A stretch of 64,000 nucleotides of DNA from assembly GCA_044229145.1 (NCBI GenBank), contig JBGATO010000004.1:1-64000 (forward strand), read 5' to 3'. This document shows, in pieces, positions 13,015 to 21,959 of the stretch. The notes below the pieces were generated by a model. It made no database searches. It saw only the letters and a program-made list of their open reading frames with translations, and was not told the DNA's origin. Source of the DNA: Candidatus Eiseniibacteriota bacterium. Its GTDB lineage: Bacteria; Eisenbacteria; RBG-16-71-46; CAZEPH01. The translations under genes were made by a program, and so were the position numbers. Within the stretch, counting starts at the first letter, position 1, and each line of letters opens with the position of its first letter.

Positions 13015-13797
13015 TTAGTTACGTAGAGGCGCTGCGAGCAGGGTCTTGAGCAGCTTGGCGTTGCGGGCGGCCTGGCCGGCATGGCAGTTGTTAAAGAAAA
13101 CATACACGTTGGGGGCCCGCCCCGAGAGACCGCGCACCTTGCCGACCCACTCGCGCAGCTCGGCCTCGGAGTAGTCGTAGTCGTAGCGGTCGCCGCTCCC
13201 GCCCTTCCACCAAGCTGCAGCGTTGCGACCGTGCAGCCGGACGTAGCCGGTGTCGCCGGTGACGAACGCATCGCCCGGCATGAGTCCGGGCAGCGCAGGT
13301 TCGTCGACGCTGCAGTAGCCGAGACGGAGCGACTCGAGCAGCGCCAGCGTCGAGGTCTTCGCCCAGGACCGGTGACGGAACTCGACGAAGATGCGCCCCT
13401 CGGGAAGCCGTGCGCGCAGCGTGGCGAGGTACGCACGCGCCGCGTCGTCGTTCTGAAATGCCCACGGAAATTGCACCAGCGTCCCATCGAACTTCCCGGC
13501 CTCGGCGAGCGGCGCGCAGGCGCGGCGAAACGTCTCGTCGATCTCCGCGTCGGCGACGCGCTCGTGCGTGACCGCCGCCGCCGCCTTCACGAGGAACCGG
13601 AACGCCGGCGGTGTCCGCTCCGCCATGCGCGCAAACGTCGCCGGCGACGGAATGCCGTAATAGGTGGCGTTGATCTCCACGCAATCGAACTGGGTGGCGT
13701 AGAACTCGAGTTGCGCCGCCTTTTTGAGCCCCGGCGGATAGAACGCGCCGGTCCAGTCGGCGAAGCTGAAGCCGGAGGTGCCGACGTGGACGCTCAT
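13015..13797 (-). CDS. DUF72 (YecE) family protein
   Basis: VGTSGFSF..W, VEINATYY, LVQFP, VEFRHRSW, YVRLHGRN, YDYS..EL..W, FFNN. Confidence 0.93.
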   Translation of the reverse strand: MSVHVGTSGFSFADWTGAFYPPGLKKAAQLEFYATQFDCVEINATYYGIPSPATFARMAERTPPAFRFLVKAAAAVTHERVADAEIDETFRRACAPLAEAGKFDGTLVQFPWAFQNDDAARAYLATLRARLPEGRIFVEFRHRSWAKTSTLALLESLRLGYCSVDEPALPGLMPGDAFVTGDTGYVRLHGRNAAAWWKGGSGDRYDYDYSEAELREWVGKVRGLSGRAPNVYVFFNNCHAGQAARNAKLLKTLLAAPLRN

Positions 13798-15152
13798 CGC
13801 GCGCCCTTCGTGCCGCGCGCCGAGGCGTTCGACAATCCGCGGGCCGGCGAACCAGCGCGCGGACGCGCGGCGGAGGCGCCAGCGGCCACCGCCACCTCCG
13901 CGTTGCGCCCTCGTGGATCGCCGGGCGGAATCACACGGTAACCGGTGCTCGGCAGGGCGAGCACGTCGCCGGTGGTGAGGATGTCGTCGCCGAACTTGTC
14001 GCGCACGCGGTCGAGCACCCCGTGGAGTTTCTCGCGACGCTCCTGCGCACCGAACAAATCGCCGGCGTAGCCGGCCGCCGGTGTCAGATCGCTCACGCTG
14101 ACGCCGAGCAACCGCACCGACGCGCCCGCGGCGAGCCCGGCGCGGAGCAACCGCACCGCTTCCGCGTGGATGCGCGATTCGTCGTCGGTCGGCGTGTGGA
14201 AGCGGTGCTGCCGCGTACAGGTGACGAAATCGCGCGTGCGCACCTTCACGGTGACCGTGTGACCGAGGAATCCGTGCTGCCGCATCCGCCGCGCCACCAT
14301 CTGCGTGAGCCGCATGAGATGCGCGTCCAACACACGCCGATCACGCACGTCTCGCTCCAGCGTGTACTCATGCCCGACCGACTTGGGATCCGGCGCGCCG
14401 TCGTACGGCACCACCGGAGCGTCGTCCCGGCCGTGTGCCGCCTCGCGCAACTGCGCCGCGGCAGCCCCGAACACCGCGCGGAGCGTGTGCAGCGGACATC
14501 CCGCCAAGTCGCCGACCGTCCGCACGCCGATGCGCGCGAGCGCTGCGCCCGACTTCTCGCCGATGCCCCACATCTCGGTCACCGGCATCGGCCAGAACGT
14601 CTCGCGAAATCCGGCCTCGTCCAGCATCGTGAGGCCGTCGGGCTTGCTGAGTCCGCTCGCCATCTTGGCGATGAGCTTATTCGGGGCGATGCCGATCGAG
14701 GCACGCAGCGCCCACTCGCCATCGCTCGACTCGCACACGCCGGCGATCGCGCGCTTCAACTCCTGCGCGATGACGACCGGCGTCACACCGTCCTGCTGCA
14801 CGCCGTCCGAGATGTCGAGGAACGCTTCGTCGATGCTGTACGGCTCGACGCGCGGCGTCACGCGGCGGAAGATCTCGAGGATGCGCAGCGAGTAATAGAC
14901 GTAGCGGTCTGGATTTCCCTCGACGAAGAGGCCGTGCGGACAGCGTTCGCGCGCCTCGCCCACCGGCATCCCCGCGCGGACGCCGAACGCGCGCGCTTCG
15001 TACGACGCCGCCGCGACGACGCTGCGCGAGTTGGGATCGCCGCACACCATCACCGGCTTGCCGCGGAAGTGCGGGTTGAGCGCCTGCTCCACCGACGCGA
15101 AGTAGGCATCCATGTCGACATGGAAGATGACGCGAGGGCGTCGCGCGGCCAT
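13794..15152 (-). CDS. dinB: DNA polymerase IV (Y family)
   Basis: HVDMDAYFASVEQ, ASYEARAFGV, SIDEAFLD, KMAS..KPDG. Catalytic acidic residues intact. Confidence 0.95.
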   Translation of the reverse strand: MAARRPRVIFHVDMDAYFASVEQALNPHFRGKPVMVCGDPNSRSVVAAASYEARAFGVRAGMPVGEARERCPHGLFVEGNPDRYVYYSLRILEIFRRVTPRVEPYSIDEAFLDISDGVQQDGVTPVVIAQELKRAIAGVCESSDGEWALRASIGIAPNKLIAKMASGLSKPDGLTMLDEAGFRETFWPMPVTEMWGIGEKSGAALARIGVRTVGDLAGCPLHTLRAVFGAAAAQLREAAHGRDDAPVVPYDGAPDPKSVGHEYTLERDVRDRRVLDAHLMRLTQMVARRMRQHGFLGHTVTVKVRTRDFVTCTRQHRFHTPTDDESRIHAEAVRLLRAGLAAGASVRLLGVSVSDLTPAAGYAGDLFGAQERREKLHGVLDRVRDKFGDDILTTGDVLALPSTGYRVIPPGDPRGRNAEVAVAAGASAARPRAGSPARGLSNASARGTKGAR

Positions 15153-15156
15153 GGGG

Positions 15157-15408
15157 TCAGCCCGCCATCCAGACCTTCGACAGCGTCCAGGTCAGCGCCT
15201 TGGCGTCGTAGCAGAGTTCGAAGTAGTCCGTGGTGTCGCCGAGGACGGAGTAGAAGTAGAGACGCGCTTCGCCCTCGTGGCGCATCCACTGGCCGGTGAC
15301 CTTCGACACCTTCACGACCTTGCCGCGCCAGCGGAAGCGCAGGGGTGAGGCTTTGCCGCCGGTGAACAACGTGAGCACTTCGACCGCTTCGTTGATGGTT
15401 TCGAGCAT
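15157..15408 (-). CDS. DUF6504-like small protein (P..F.WRG motif, ImuB-C-like)
   Basis: MLETINEAVEV...SPLRFRWRGKVVKVSKVTGQW...YFELCYD...WTL; SD AGGTG before ATG 15408. Confidence 0.75.
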   Translation of the reverse strand: MLETINEAVEVLTLFTGGKASPLRFRWRGKVVKVSKVTGQWMRHEGEARLYFYSVLGDTTDYFELCYDAKALTWTLSKVWMAG

Positions 15409-15546
15409 GCGATCACCTACTGCGCGCATCCATGCGGCGGGACGAGACGGAGAGTCCCGCCCCCCGAAGCGAGCGATGCAGGATGCGGGGAGGCGGGACA
15501 GGGCAAAGACCCTCGACTGCCGCGGGCCGGACAGCCCCGCGCGCGG

Positions 15547-16173
15547 TCAGCGATACATACGCACCACGCCGATGACGCGGCCGACGAGCGAGAACTGCGC
15601 GAGCGCATCGCCCTCCACCACGATCGGCGAGAACGCCGGATTTTCGGCTTCCAGCACGACGCGGCCGGACTCCGGGCGATAGCGCTTCACCGTCGCCTCG
15701 TCTTCGAGGAGCGCGACGACGATGTCGCCGGCGTCGGCCGTGGCCTGCTGGCGCACCAGAATCTTGTCGCCCGGCAGGATGCCCGCGTCCTTCATCGACT
15801 CGCCCTGCACGGTGAGGGCGAAGACGGTGCCGTCCTTCACCATCGACTTGTCGAGCACGATGGTGTCTTCCACGTTCTCGGTGGCGAGCAACGGCAGACC
15901 GGCGGCGACGCGACCGATCACCGGCACCGACACCGCTTCCGGCATCAGCGCGTTGGCGAGGCCGCCCACCAGCTCGATGCCGCGCGAGAGCCGGCGGTTG
16001 CGCTGGATGAATCCCTTGCGCTCCAGCGCCGAGAGGTAGTAGCGCACGCCGTTGGTGGAGGCGATGTCGAACGCCTGGCCGATTTCACGGATCGTCGGCG
16101 GCGACCCCTTTTCGCGGGTTCGGCCCACGATGAAGTCGAGAACCCGCTGCTCGCGTTCTGTGAGATCGCGCAT
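15547..16173 (-). CDS. lexA: SOS repressor LexA
   Basis: wHTH PPTIREIG..STNGVRYYL..LERKGFI, cleavage site VAAG, catalytic Ser (GESM) and Lys (TVKR). Confidence 0.97.
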   Translation of the reverse strand: MRDLTEREQRVLDFIVGRTREKGSPPTIREIGQAFDIASTNGVRYYLSALERKGFIQRNRRLSRGIELVGGLANALMPEAVSVPVIGRVAAGLPLLATENVEDTIVLDKSMVKDGTVFALTVQGESMKDAGILPGDKILVRQQATADAGDIVVALLEDEATVKRYRPESGRVVLEAENPAFSPIVVEGDALAQFSLVGRVIGVVRMYR

Positions 16174-16296
16174 CGTGTCTCCTCACTCAGGAAAGTTGGG
16201 AGTGCGCGCATCGGCGGATGCGGCACGGAGGTCGCGCGCCGGGTGGCGCACTGCACGGGCGCACACCGGCACACGCGCGACGTGCACATATGGTGC

Positions 16297-16310
16297 TGCA
16301 CAAGAGTGCA
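16297..16310. promoter_or_regulatory. Perfect palindrome TGCAC-N4-GTGCA in the lexA promoter spacer (candidate SOS box)
   Basis: TGCACaagaGTGCA lies between minus-strand TTGACC (16319-16314) and CACCAT (16295-16290); degenerate copies at 16283-16297 and 16318-16331. Confidence 0.75.
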
Positions 16311-16416
16311 TTCGGTCAACACGAAAGTGCAGTGGACGAAGAATTTTCGCGATTATTGAAACCGGCCAGTCGGTCGGAACGTTCGTGGATCGTTGTGAGC
16401 CCGGAGGATCACCGCC

Positions 16417-17115
16417 ATGACACCGACCCCGCACCGCGACGCCGAGCGCAAAGCGCTCTCCCTCACCGCCCGATTCGAAGCGGCCACGCTCCCCCGTCTC
16501 GCCCGCGCGCTCCCGGCGTGGGTGATGCCGGATCACCTCACCGGCCTCGGCCTGCTCTCCGCCACCGTCATCGCCGTCGCCTACGGCTTGTCGAACCACT
16601 CGCCGGCGTGGCTGTGGGTGGCGAACGCCGCGCTCGTCGTGCACTGGTTCGGCGATAGCCTGGACGGCACGCTCGCCCGCACGCGGCACATCGAGCGGCC
16701 GCGCTACGGTTTCTACCTCGACCACCTCACCGACGCGTACTCGACGATCGCGATCGGTCTGGGACTTGGCCTGTCGCCGTACATGCTGCTCGGCACCGGC
16801 ATGGCGATCGTCGCCGCGTACTTGCTGCTCTCGATCAACGTGTATCTCGAGACGCACGTGTTCGGCGTGTTCCGCTATGGCTACGGCGTCGTCGGGCCGA
16901 CGGAGACGCGGCTCGTGCTCATCGCGCTCAACGCGGTGGCGTCCACCGGCGCGCTGCACTTCATGGTCGGGCGGCTGGAGATGACGACGATCGACGTCGC
17001 GGGACTCGCCGCGGTCGCGGGGATGGCGGCGATGCTGGCGCGGCGTGTCGCGCGCAATCTGCGGAATCTGGCGGCGGAGGAGCCGGCGGGCGTGGTGAAG
17101 ACGCCGGCGGCCTAG
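16417..17115 (+). CDS. CDP-alcohol phosphatidyltransferase family protein
   Basis: PDHLT, DSLDGTLAR..RPRYGFYLDHLTD signature, GPTETR. Confidence 0.92.
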   Translation: MTPTPHRDAERKALSLTARFEAATLPRLARALPAWVMPDHLTGLGLLSATVIAVAYGLSNHSPAWLWVANAALVVHWFGDSLDGTLARTRHIERPRYGFYLDHLTDAYSTIAIGLGLGLSPYMLLGTGMAIVAAYLLLSINVYLETHVFGVFRYGYGVVGPTETRLVLIALNAVASTGALHFMVGRLEMTTIDVAGLAAVAGMAAMLARRVARNLRNLAAEEPAGVVKTPAA

Positions 17116-18407
17116 TCCTCCCCGTCCACGCGCCACTCCACCTGCAACTCGGCGGGCGGTTCGGCTGCGGCATCGGCCGCCACCGCCCGCTCCAATGCCT
17201 CGTCCTCCGCCCGGCCGCGCCCCTCGCGCTTCGCCGCGCGGAACTCGACCTCCGCCTCGGCGATCTTCGACCACAGCGTGTCGAGCCCATCGCCGCGCAT
17301 CGCCGAGAGGAAGATCGAGCCGGGATACTCGGCGGCGAATGCTTGCAGCACCGTCTCGTCGCTCACCTGATCGACCTTGTTGAAGACGAGCAGGCGCGGC
17401 GAGCGCGTGGCATCGAGCGACGCCAGCACTTCCTCCACCGACGAGATGTGCTCGCGCGCGGCGGGATGCGAGGCGTCGACGACGTGCAGCAGGAAGTCTG
17501 CCTCGCGCACCTCGGCGAGCGTGGCGCGGAACGACGCCACCAGGTGATGCGGCAGCTTGCGGATGAAGCCGACGGTGTCGGACAGCAGCACGGTGTCGCC
17601 GGCCGGCGGGCGCATGCGGCGCGTCGTCGGATCGAGCGTGGCGAAGAGCATGTCGTCGGCGAGCACGGTGGCGCCGGTGAGCACGTTGAACAGCGTCGAC
17701 TTCCCCGCATTGGTGTAACCGACGAGGCCGACGCGGAACAGATCGCCGCGCCGCGAGCGCTGCACCAGCCGCTCGCGCTCCACCGCCTGCAAGCCGCGCT
17801 TGAGGTGCGCGATGCGCGTGCGGATCTGGCGGCGGTCGGATTCCAGCTGCGTTTCGCCCGGGCCGCGCGTGCCGATGCCACCGCCGGTGCGCGAGAGGTG
17901 CACCCACATCCGCGTCAGGCGCGGCAGCAGATACTCGAGCTGCGCGAGTTCCACCGCGAGCCGCGCCTCGCGGGTGCGCGCGCGGCGGGCGAAGATGTCG
18001 AGGATGAGTTCGGTGCGGTCGAGGATCTTGATCGTCGGGTCGCGCTCGGAGTTGAGCTTGCGTCCGAGGTTGCGCATCTGTCCGGGCGCCAAGTCGTCGT
18101 CGAAGAGCACCAGCGACGCCCCCTCGGCGGCGCAGAGCTGCTTGATCTCCTCGAGCTTGCCGGAGGTGACGAACGTGCTGGCGTCGATGCCGCCGTGCGA
18201 CTGCACGACGCGGCCGGCGATGTCGGCGCCAGCGGAGTCGGCGAGCTGCGCGAGTTCTTCCATCGACTCGTCGAGCGCGGCGCGGGCGGCTTGCGCGCTG
18301 CCGCCGCCGGAGGCGGGACGCGGCAGCGGACTGCCCTTGCCGCGGAACAACGCGCCCACCAACACGGCGCGCTCCTTCTTGTTGGCTTCCTGCTGGACTT
18401 CGTAGAT
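17112..18407 (-). CDS. hflX: Ribosome-splitting GTPase HflX (start ATC 18407 or GTG 18365)
   Basis: DRTELILDIFARRA, GIGTRGPGETQLE.DRR, GYTNAGKST, LFATLDPTTR, DTVGFI, NKVD. Confidence 0.95.
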   Translation of the reverse strand: MYEVQQEANKKERAVLVGALFRGKGSPLPRPASGGGSAQAARAALDESMEELAQLADSAGADIAGRVVQSHGGIDASTFVTSGKLEEIKQLCAAEGASLVLFDDDLAPGQMRNLGRKLNSERDPTIKILDRTELILDIFARRARTREARLAVELAQLEYLLPRLTRMWVHLSRTGGGIGTRGPGETQLESDRRQIRTRIAHLKRGLQAVERERLVQRSRRGDLFRVGLVGYTNAGKSTLFNVLTGATVLADDMLFATLDPTTRRMRPPAGDTVLLSDTVGFIRKLPHHLVASFRATLAEVREADFLLHVVDASHPAAREHISSVEEVLASLDATRSPRLLVFNKVDQVSDETVLQAFAAEYPGSIFLSAMRGDGLDTLWSKIAEAEVEFRAAKREGRGRAEDEALERAVAADAAAEPPAELQVEWRVDGED

Positions 18408-18689
18408 AGGGCGATCTCCTTCCGCGCGGCTGAACGGCCGCGTCCGTTGCGCGTGGTGCAGCGACTATACCGCAGCGCCCCGTCATCGTGCGAAATCCCG
18501 CGACGGCACGGCCCGGCCGTGCGGATTGCATCGTGCACGGCGCCGGCGGGTCCACGGGCAGGCGCAGCGGTGTTCCGCCAACTGATGGCATCGCGGCAGT
18601 TACGCGGCGCACGCGGCGGCGCGCGAGGTTTGGCACGCATCCCGCGTCAGTCCGCCCTGGAAATCCACGCCATCGCCAGGGAGGAAGTC

Positions 18690-19184
18690 ATGACGTTTCG
18701 CCGCATCTCGCTCATTGCCGTGGCCGCGCTCGCGCTCGCGGCGCCGGTTTTCGCCGGCGAGCACATCGAACTGAACCCGGGTGCCGAGGGCACCGCCGGC
18801 GCGGGCGGCGTCACGACGCCGGCGCTCAACGTGCTCATCCTGGACCAGGACACCGCCCAGCCGATCTCCGGCGCCTCGGGGACGCTGTGGTCGATCCCGA
18901 AGCACTCGTGGGAATCGCCGCAGATCGTCGACACCGCGCTGTCCGGCCTGCGTGGCTACTTCTACTTCACGGCGACCGGGTACAAGGGCGGTGACGTGTT
19001 CACGCTCGACGTGTCCGCGCCGAACTACTCGCCCTACTCGACGCTGATCTGGCTGACCAAGGCCAACACCACGACGTCGGAAGTCGATCTGGCGGTGGTG
19101 CAGGCGTCCGGCAAGCAGGGCGTGCCGTCCGCGGTGAAGGGCGTCGTGTCATCGACGTGGGGGAAGATCAAGGCACTCTACTAG
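18690..19184 (+). CDS. Secreted protein with a prealbumin/Ig-like domain and C-terminal STWGKIKALY tail
   Basis: SD GGAGG; signal peptide MTFRRISLIAVAALALAAPVFA; ends VVSSTWGKIKALY*. Confidence 0.8.
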   Translation: MTFRRISLIAVAALALAAPVFAGEHIELNPGAEGTAGAGGVTTPALNVLILDQDTAQPISGASGTLWSIPKHSWESPQIVDTALSGLRGYFYFTATGYKGGDVFTLDVSAPNYSPYSTLIWLTKANTTTSEVDLAVVQASGKQGVPSAVKGVVSSTWGKIKALY

Positions 19185-19229
19185 GGATCGCCTGCACGAG
19201 CGGCGGCAGTTCGGGAGGCCGCCTCGCGT

Positions 19230-19268
19230 GACGCCGGCACGTTCGCCCTCGGGCAACGTGCCGGCGTC
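19230..19268. terminator. Hairpin between convergent genes
   Basis: GACGCCGGCACGTT-N11-AACGTGCCGGCGTC, 14-bp stem. Confidence 0.7.
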
Positions 19269-19285
19269 TGCGCATGGGCGGGAAG

Positions 19286-21832
19286 CTACGCGGGCTTGGG
19301 TTCCGCGCGCAACTTCTCGAGCGCGTCGGCGACTTCGCGCATCGCGCCGGTGGTCTGGTCGAGACACTCACGCTTCGCCCCGGCGCGCAGCGCGTCGACG
19401 GCCGCTGGATCGCCGAGGTTGAGCAGACCCTTGCACGCGGTCATCCGCATGCGGAAGTGCGGGTCCTCGAGCAGCGCGACGAGACGCCCGCGCGCCCGCT
19501 CCTTGTCCTCGCGGCTGCCGTGCTTGCCGAGCACGCCGAGCGCCTTGGACGCCGACTCCCGCGCACCGACCGGCTTGCCGTAGTCGACCCACTCGTACGC
19601 CATCGCGAACCCGCGCGGATCGCGCAGCTTGGCCATCGCGTCGAACGCCTGCGCGCGCACCATCTCCATCGGCGCGGCGATGTCGAGCGCGCGGGTCAGC
19701 AGGTCGAAGGCACGCGGCGTCTTGGCGTGAGCCAGCGCGTGCAACGCACCGAGGATGGCGAAGTAGCTCTCGTCCTCGGCGATGGTGCGCTCGCACAGCG
19801 TGTCGAGATCCGGCGCGCCGAGCAGGCCGAGGCCCCACAACGCTGCGCGGCGCACGCGGCCGGCCTCGTCGCCGAGCGCCGCCTTGAGCGCCTTGCGCGC
19901 CGTGGCCCGGCCGGTGTCCGGTGCCGCGTGCGCGAGTTCGGCGAGCGCGATCGCCGCCGCCTGACGCACGAAGCGGTGCGCATCGCGGCGCAGCGCGCGC
20001 ACCAGCGCCGCTTCCGCCTCCGCCGATCCGGTGTGCCGCGCGAGATCCCGCGCCGCCCGCACCCGCGCCGCCAGATGCGGCGAGCGCTGCAGCTCGCGCG
20101 CCAACTCTCCCGCCGGCCGCGCGTAGTCGAGCGTCTTGAGCACCGCGTCCGTCGGGTCGATCGCCACGCGGGTCGGCGCAGCGGCGAGCGGAATGTGGAA
20201 CGTCTCGCTCTGCTTCTCGATCCACAGACGCATCGTCTGCGCACCGCCTCGGCCGCCAGTCTCGATCTCGACGTCGAGCGGCACGGTGAACAGCGGCGTC
20301 TCGTCCTTGAGCTCCTGCGTCTGCTCGACGGTGAGCGTGAGCACCTTGCGGTCGGCGTCCCACGCGCGCGTCACCCGCAGTTCGGGGAAGCCGGCCTTGC
20401 GCACCCACTGCTCGAAGAACCAACCGAGCGACTGGCCCGTCGCCTCGCGCACCGCCGCTTCGAGATCCGACGTCTGCACGTGGCGGAAGGCGTTGCGGTG
20501 CGCGTAGTGGCGCAGCGTCGCGAAGAAGCCCTCGTCGCCGAGCACGTGCCGCAGCATGTGCAGCACCATGCCGCCCTTTTCGTAGAGATGGCGATCGAAC
20601 AGCTCGTGGCCCAGCGTGTAGCGCGGCGTGGCGAGCGGGCGCCGGTATTCCTTGGCGTCCTGGCGCATGTACTGATTGCGCTCCTCGATCGACAACTCCG
20701 CCGCGGCGTCGGCGCCGCCGTCGTGTTCGGCCCACAGACGTTCGCAGTAGGTGGCGAAGCCTTCATTGAGCCAGCCTTCGCCCCACGAGCGGCAGGTGAG
20801 CAGGTCGCCCCACCACTGGTGGCCGAGTTCGTGCGCCACCAGGCCGTCCATGTCCATGTCGGCGAGCGCGCGGGTGTCGAGCAACGCGCGATCGGTCATC
20901 GTCGTCGCCGAGGTGTTCTCCATGCCGCCGAACGTGAAGTCGTGCAGGAGCACCTGGCCGTACTTGTCCCACGGGAACTCATAGCCGAACAACGTCGAGA
21001 AGTGCTTCACCATCGCGCCGGTCTTCTGGAAGAAGCGCTTCGACTCGCGCGGACGGTCCTTGTACTCGTAGAACGACAGCGGCACGCGGCCGGCCTTCTC
21101 GTGGCGGACGTGGTAGTCGCCGAGCGCCAGCATCACGAGGTACGACGGGTGCGGATCCGACTGGCGCCAGTGATACGTCCACGTTTTCGCGGACTTGGCG
21201 CGCGTCGCCTTGACCAGCGTGCCGTTCGACAGCACTTCGCGGCCGGCGGCCACGGTGACGATCATCTCCGAGGTGATTTTCGTATCGGGGCTGTCGATGC
21301 ACGGGAACCAGTAGTGGTTGTCCTCCGACTGGCCCTGCGACCACACCTGCCACGGACGCGACGGGTACTGCGCGTCGGGCTGGATGAAGAAGAGGCCCTT
21401 GCGCGGCGTCGCGCTGTAGGCGATCTCGAGCGTGACACGCTCGCCGGCGGCGTAGGCGCGGTCGAGCGTCACGCGCAGCTGCTGCGCCTCGGCGACGAAC
21501 GCCAGCGACTTGCCGCGCGCCGCACGGCCGGCCACCAGGCGCACCGCGCTCACCGCAAGTTCGGCCGCATCCAACGCCACCTCGCGCACGCCGTTCGCCG
21601 ACGGGAACGCGCGCAACGTGAGTCGCGCCGTCCCGCGCACCGCGCGCTTCGCCTCGTCGATGGTGAGCGTGAGCGCCAGGTGTTCGAGCTCGCACGGACG
21701 CGCGGGATGGACGTGCAGCGGTTGATCCCAGCCGCTGCGGCCGGAGCCGGGGAACGGCTCGTACGGGTCGAAGTCCATTTGGCGCGGGGTGTAGAACAGC
21801 GGATGCAGCAGGGAATCGGTCGGGGTGGACAC
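19286..21832 (-). CDS. M1 family aminopeptidase with C-terminal HEAT repeats
   Basis: WFPCID.P, GGMEN, HELGHQWWG..WLNEGFA, YEKG; Ala/Arg-rich HEAT repeats. Confidence 0.93.
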   Translation of the reverse strand: MSTPTDSLLHPLFYTPRQMDFDPYEPFPGSGRSGWDQPLHVHPARPCELEHLALTLTIDEAKRAVRGTARLTLRAFPSANGVREVALDAAELAVSAVRLVAGRAARGKSLAFVAEAQQLRVTLDRAYAAGERVTLEIAYSATPRKGLFFIQPDAQYPSRPWQVWSQGQSEDNHYWFPCIDSPDTKITSEMIVTVAAGREVLSNGTLVKATRAKSAKTWTYHWRQSDPHPSYLVMLALGDYHVRHEKAGRVPLSFYEYKDRPRESKRFFQKTGAMVKHFSTLFGYEFPWDKYGQVLLHDFTFGGMENTSATTMTDRALLDTRALADMDMDGLVAHELGHQWWGDLLTCRSWGEGWLNEGFATYCERLWAEHDGGADAAAELSIEERNQYMRQDAKEYRRPLATPRYTLGHELFDRHLYEKGGMVLHMLRHVLGDEGFFATLRHYAHRNAFRHVQTSDLEAAVREATGQSLGWFFEQWVRKAGFPELRVTRAWDADRKVLTLTVEQTQELKDETPLFTVPLDVEIETGGRGGAQTMRLWIEKQSETFHIPLAAAPTRVAIDPTDAVLKTLDYARPAGELARELQRSPHLAARVRAARDLARHTGSAEAEAALVRALRRDAHRFVRQAAAIALAELAHAAPDTGRATARKALKAALGDEAGRVRRAALWGLGLLGAPDLDTLCERTIAEDESYFAILGALHALAHAKTPRAFDLLTRALDIAAPMEMVRAQAFDAMAKLRDPRGFAMAYEWVDYGKPVGARESASKALGVLGKHGSREDKERARGRLVALLEDPHFRMRMTACKGLLNLGDPAAVDALRAGAKRECLDQTTGAMREVADALEKLRAEPKPA

Positions 21833-21959
21833 GACGCACCTCCGGGGGTCGGGATGGAGAGCCGCGAGGGGAGCAACCAGCTCTCTCAGAGTCCGGGCAC
21901 GCTAGCACGCGCGCCGAAGCGGGGCAATCGCCCCGCGGTCCCGATGGACCGCCCCGCGA

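Noticed and set aside
18420..18690. hfq or a riboswitch upstream of hflX
   Set aside because: No Sm-fold ORF and no recognisable riboswitch consensus.
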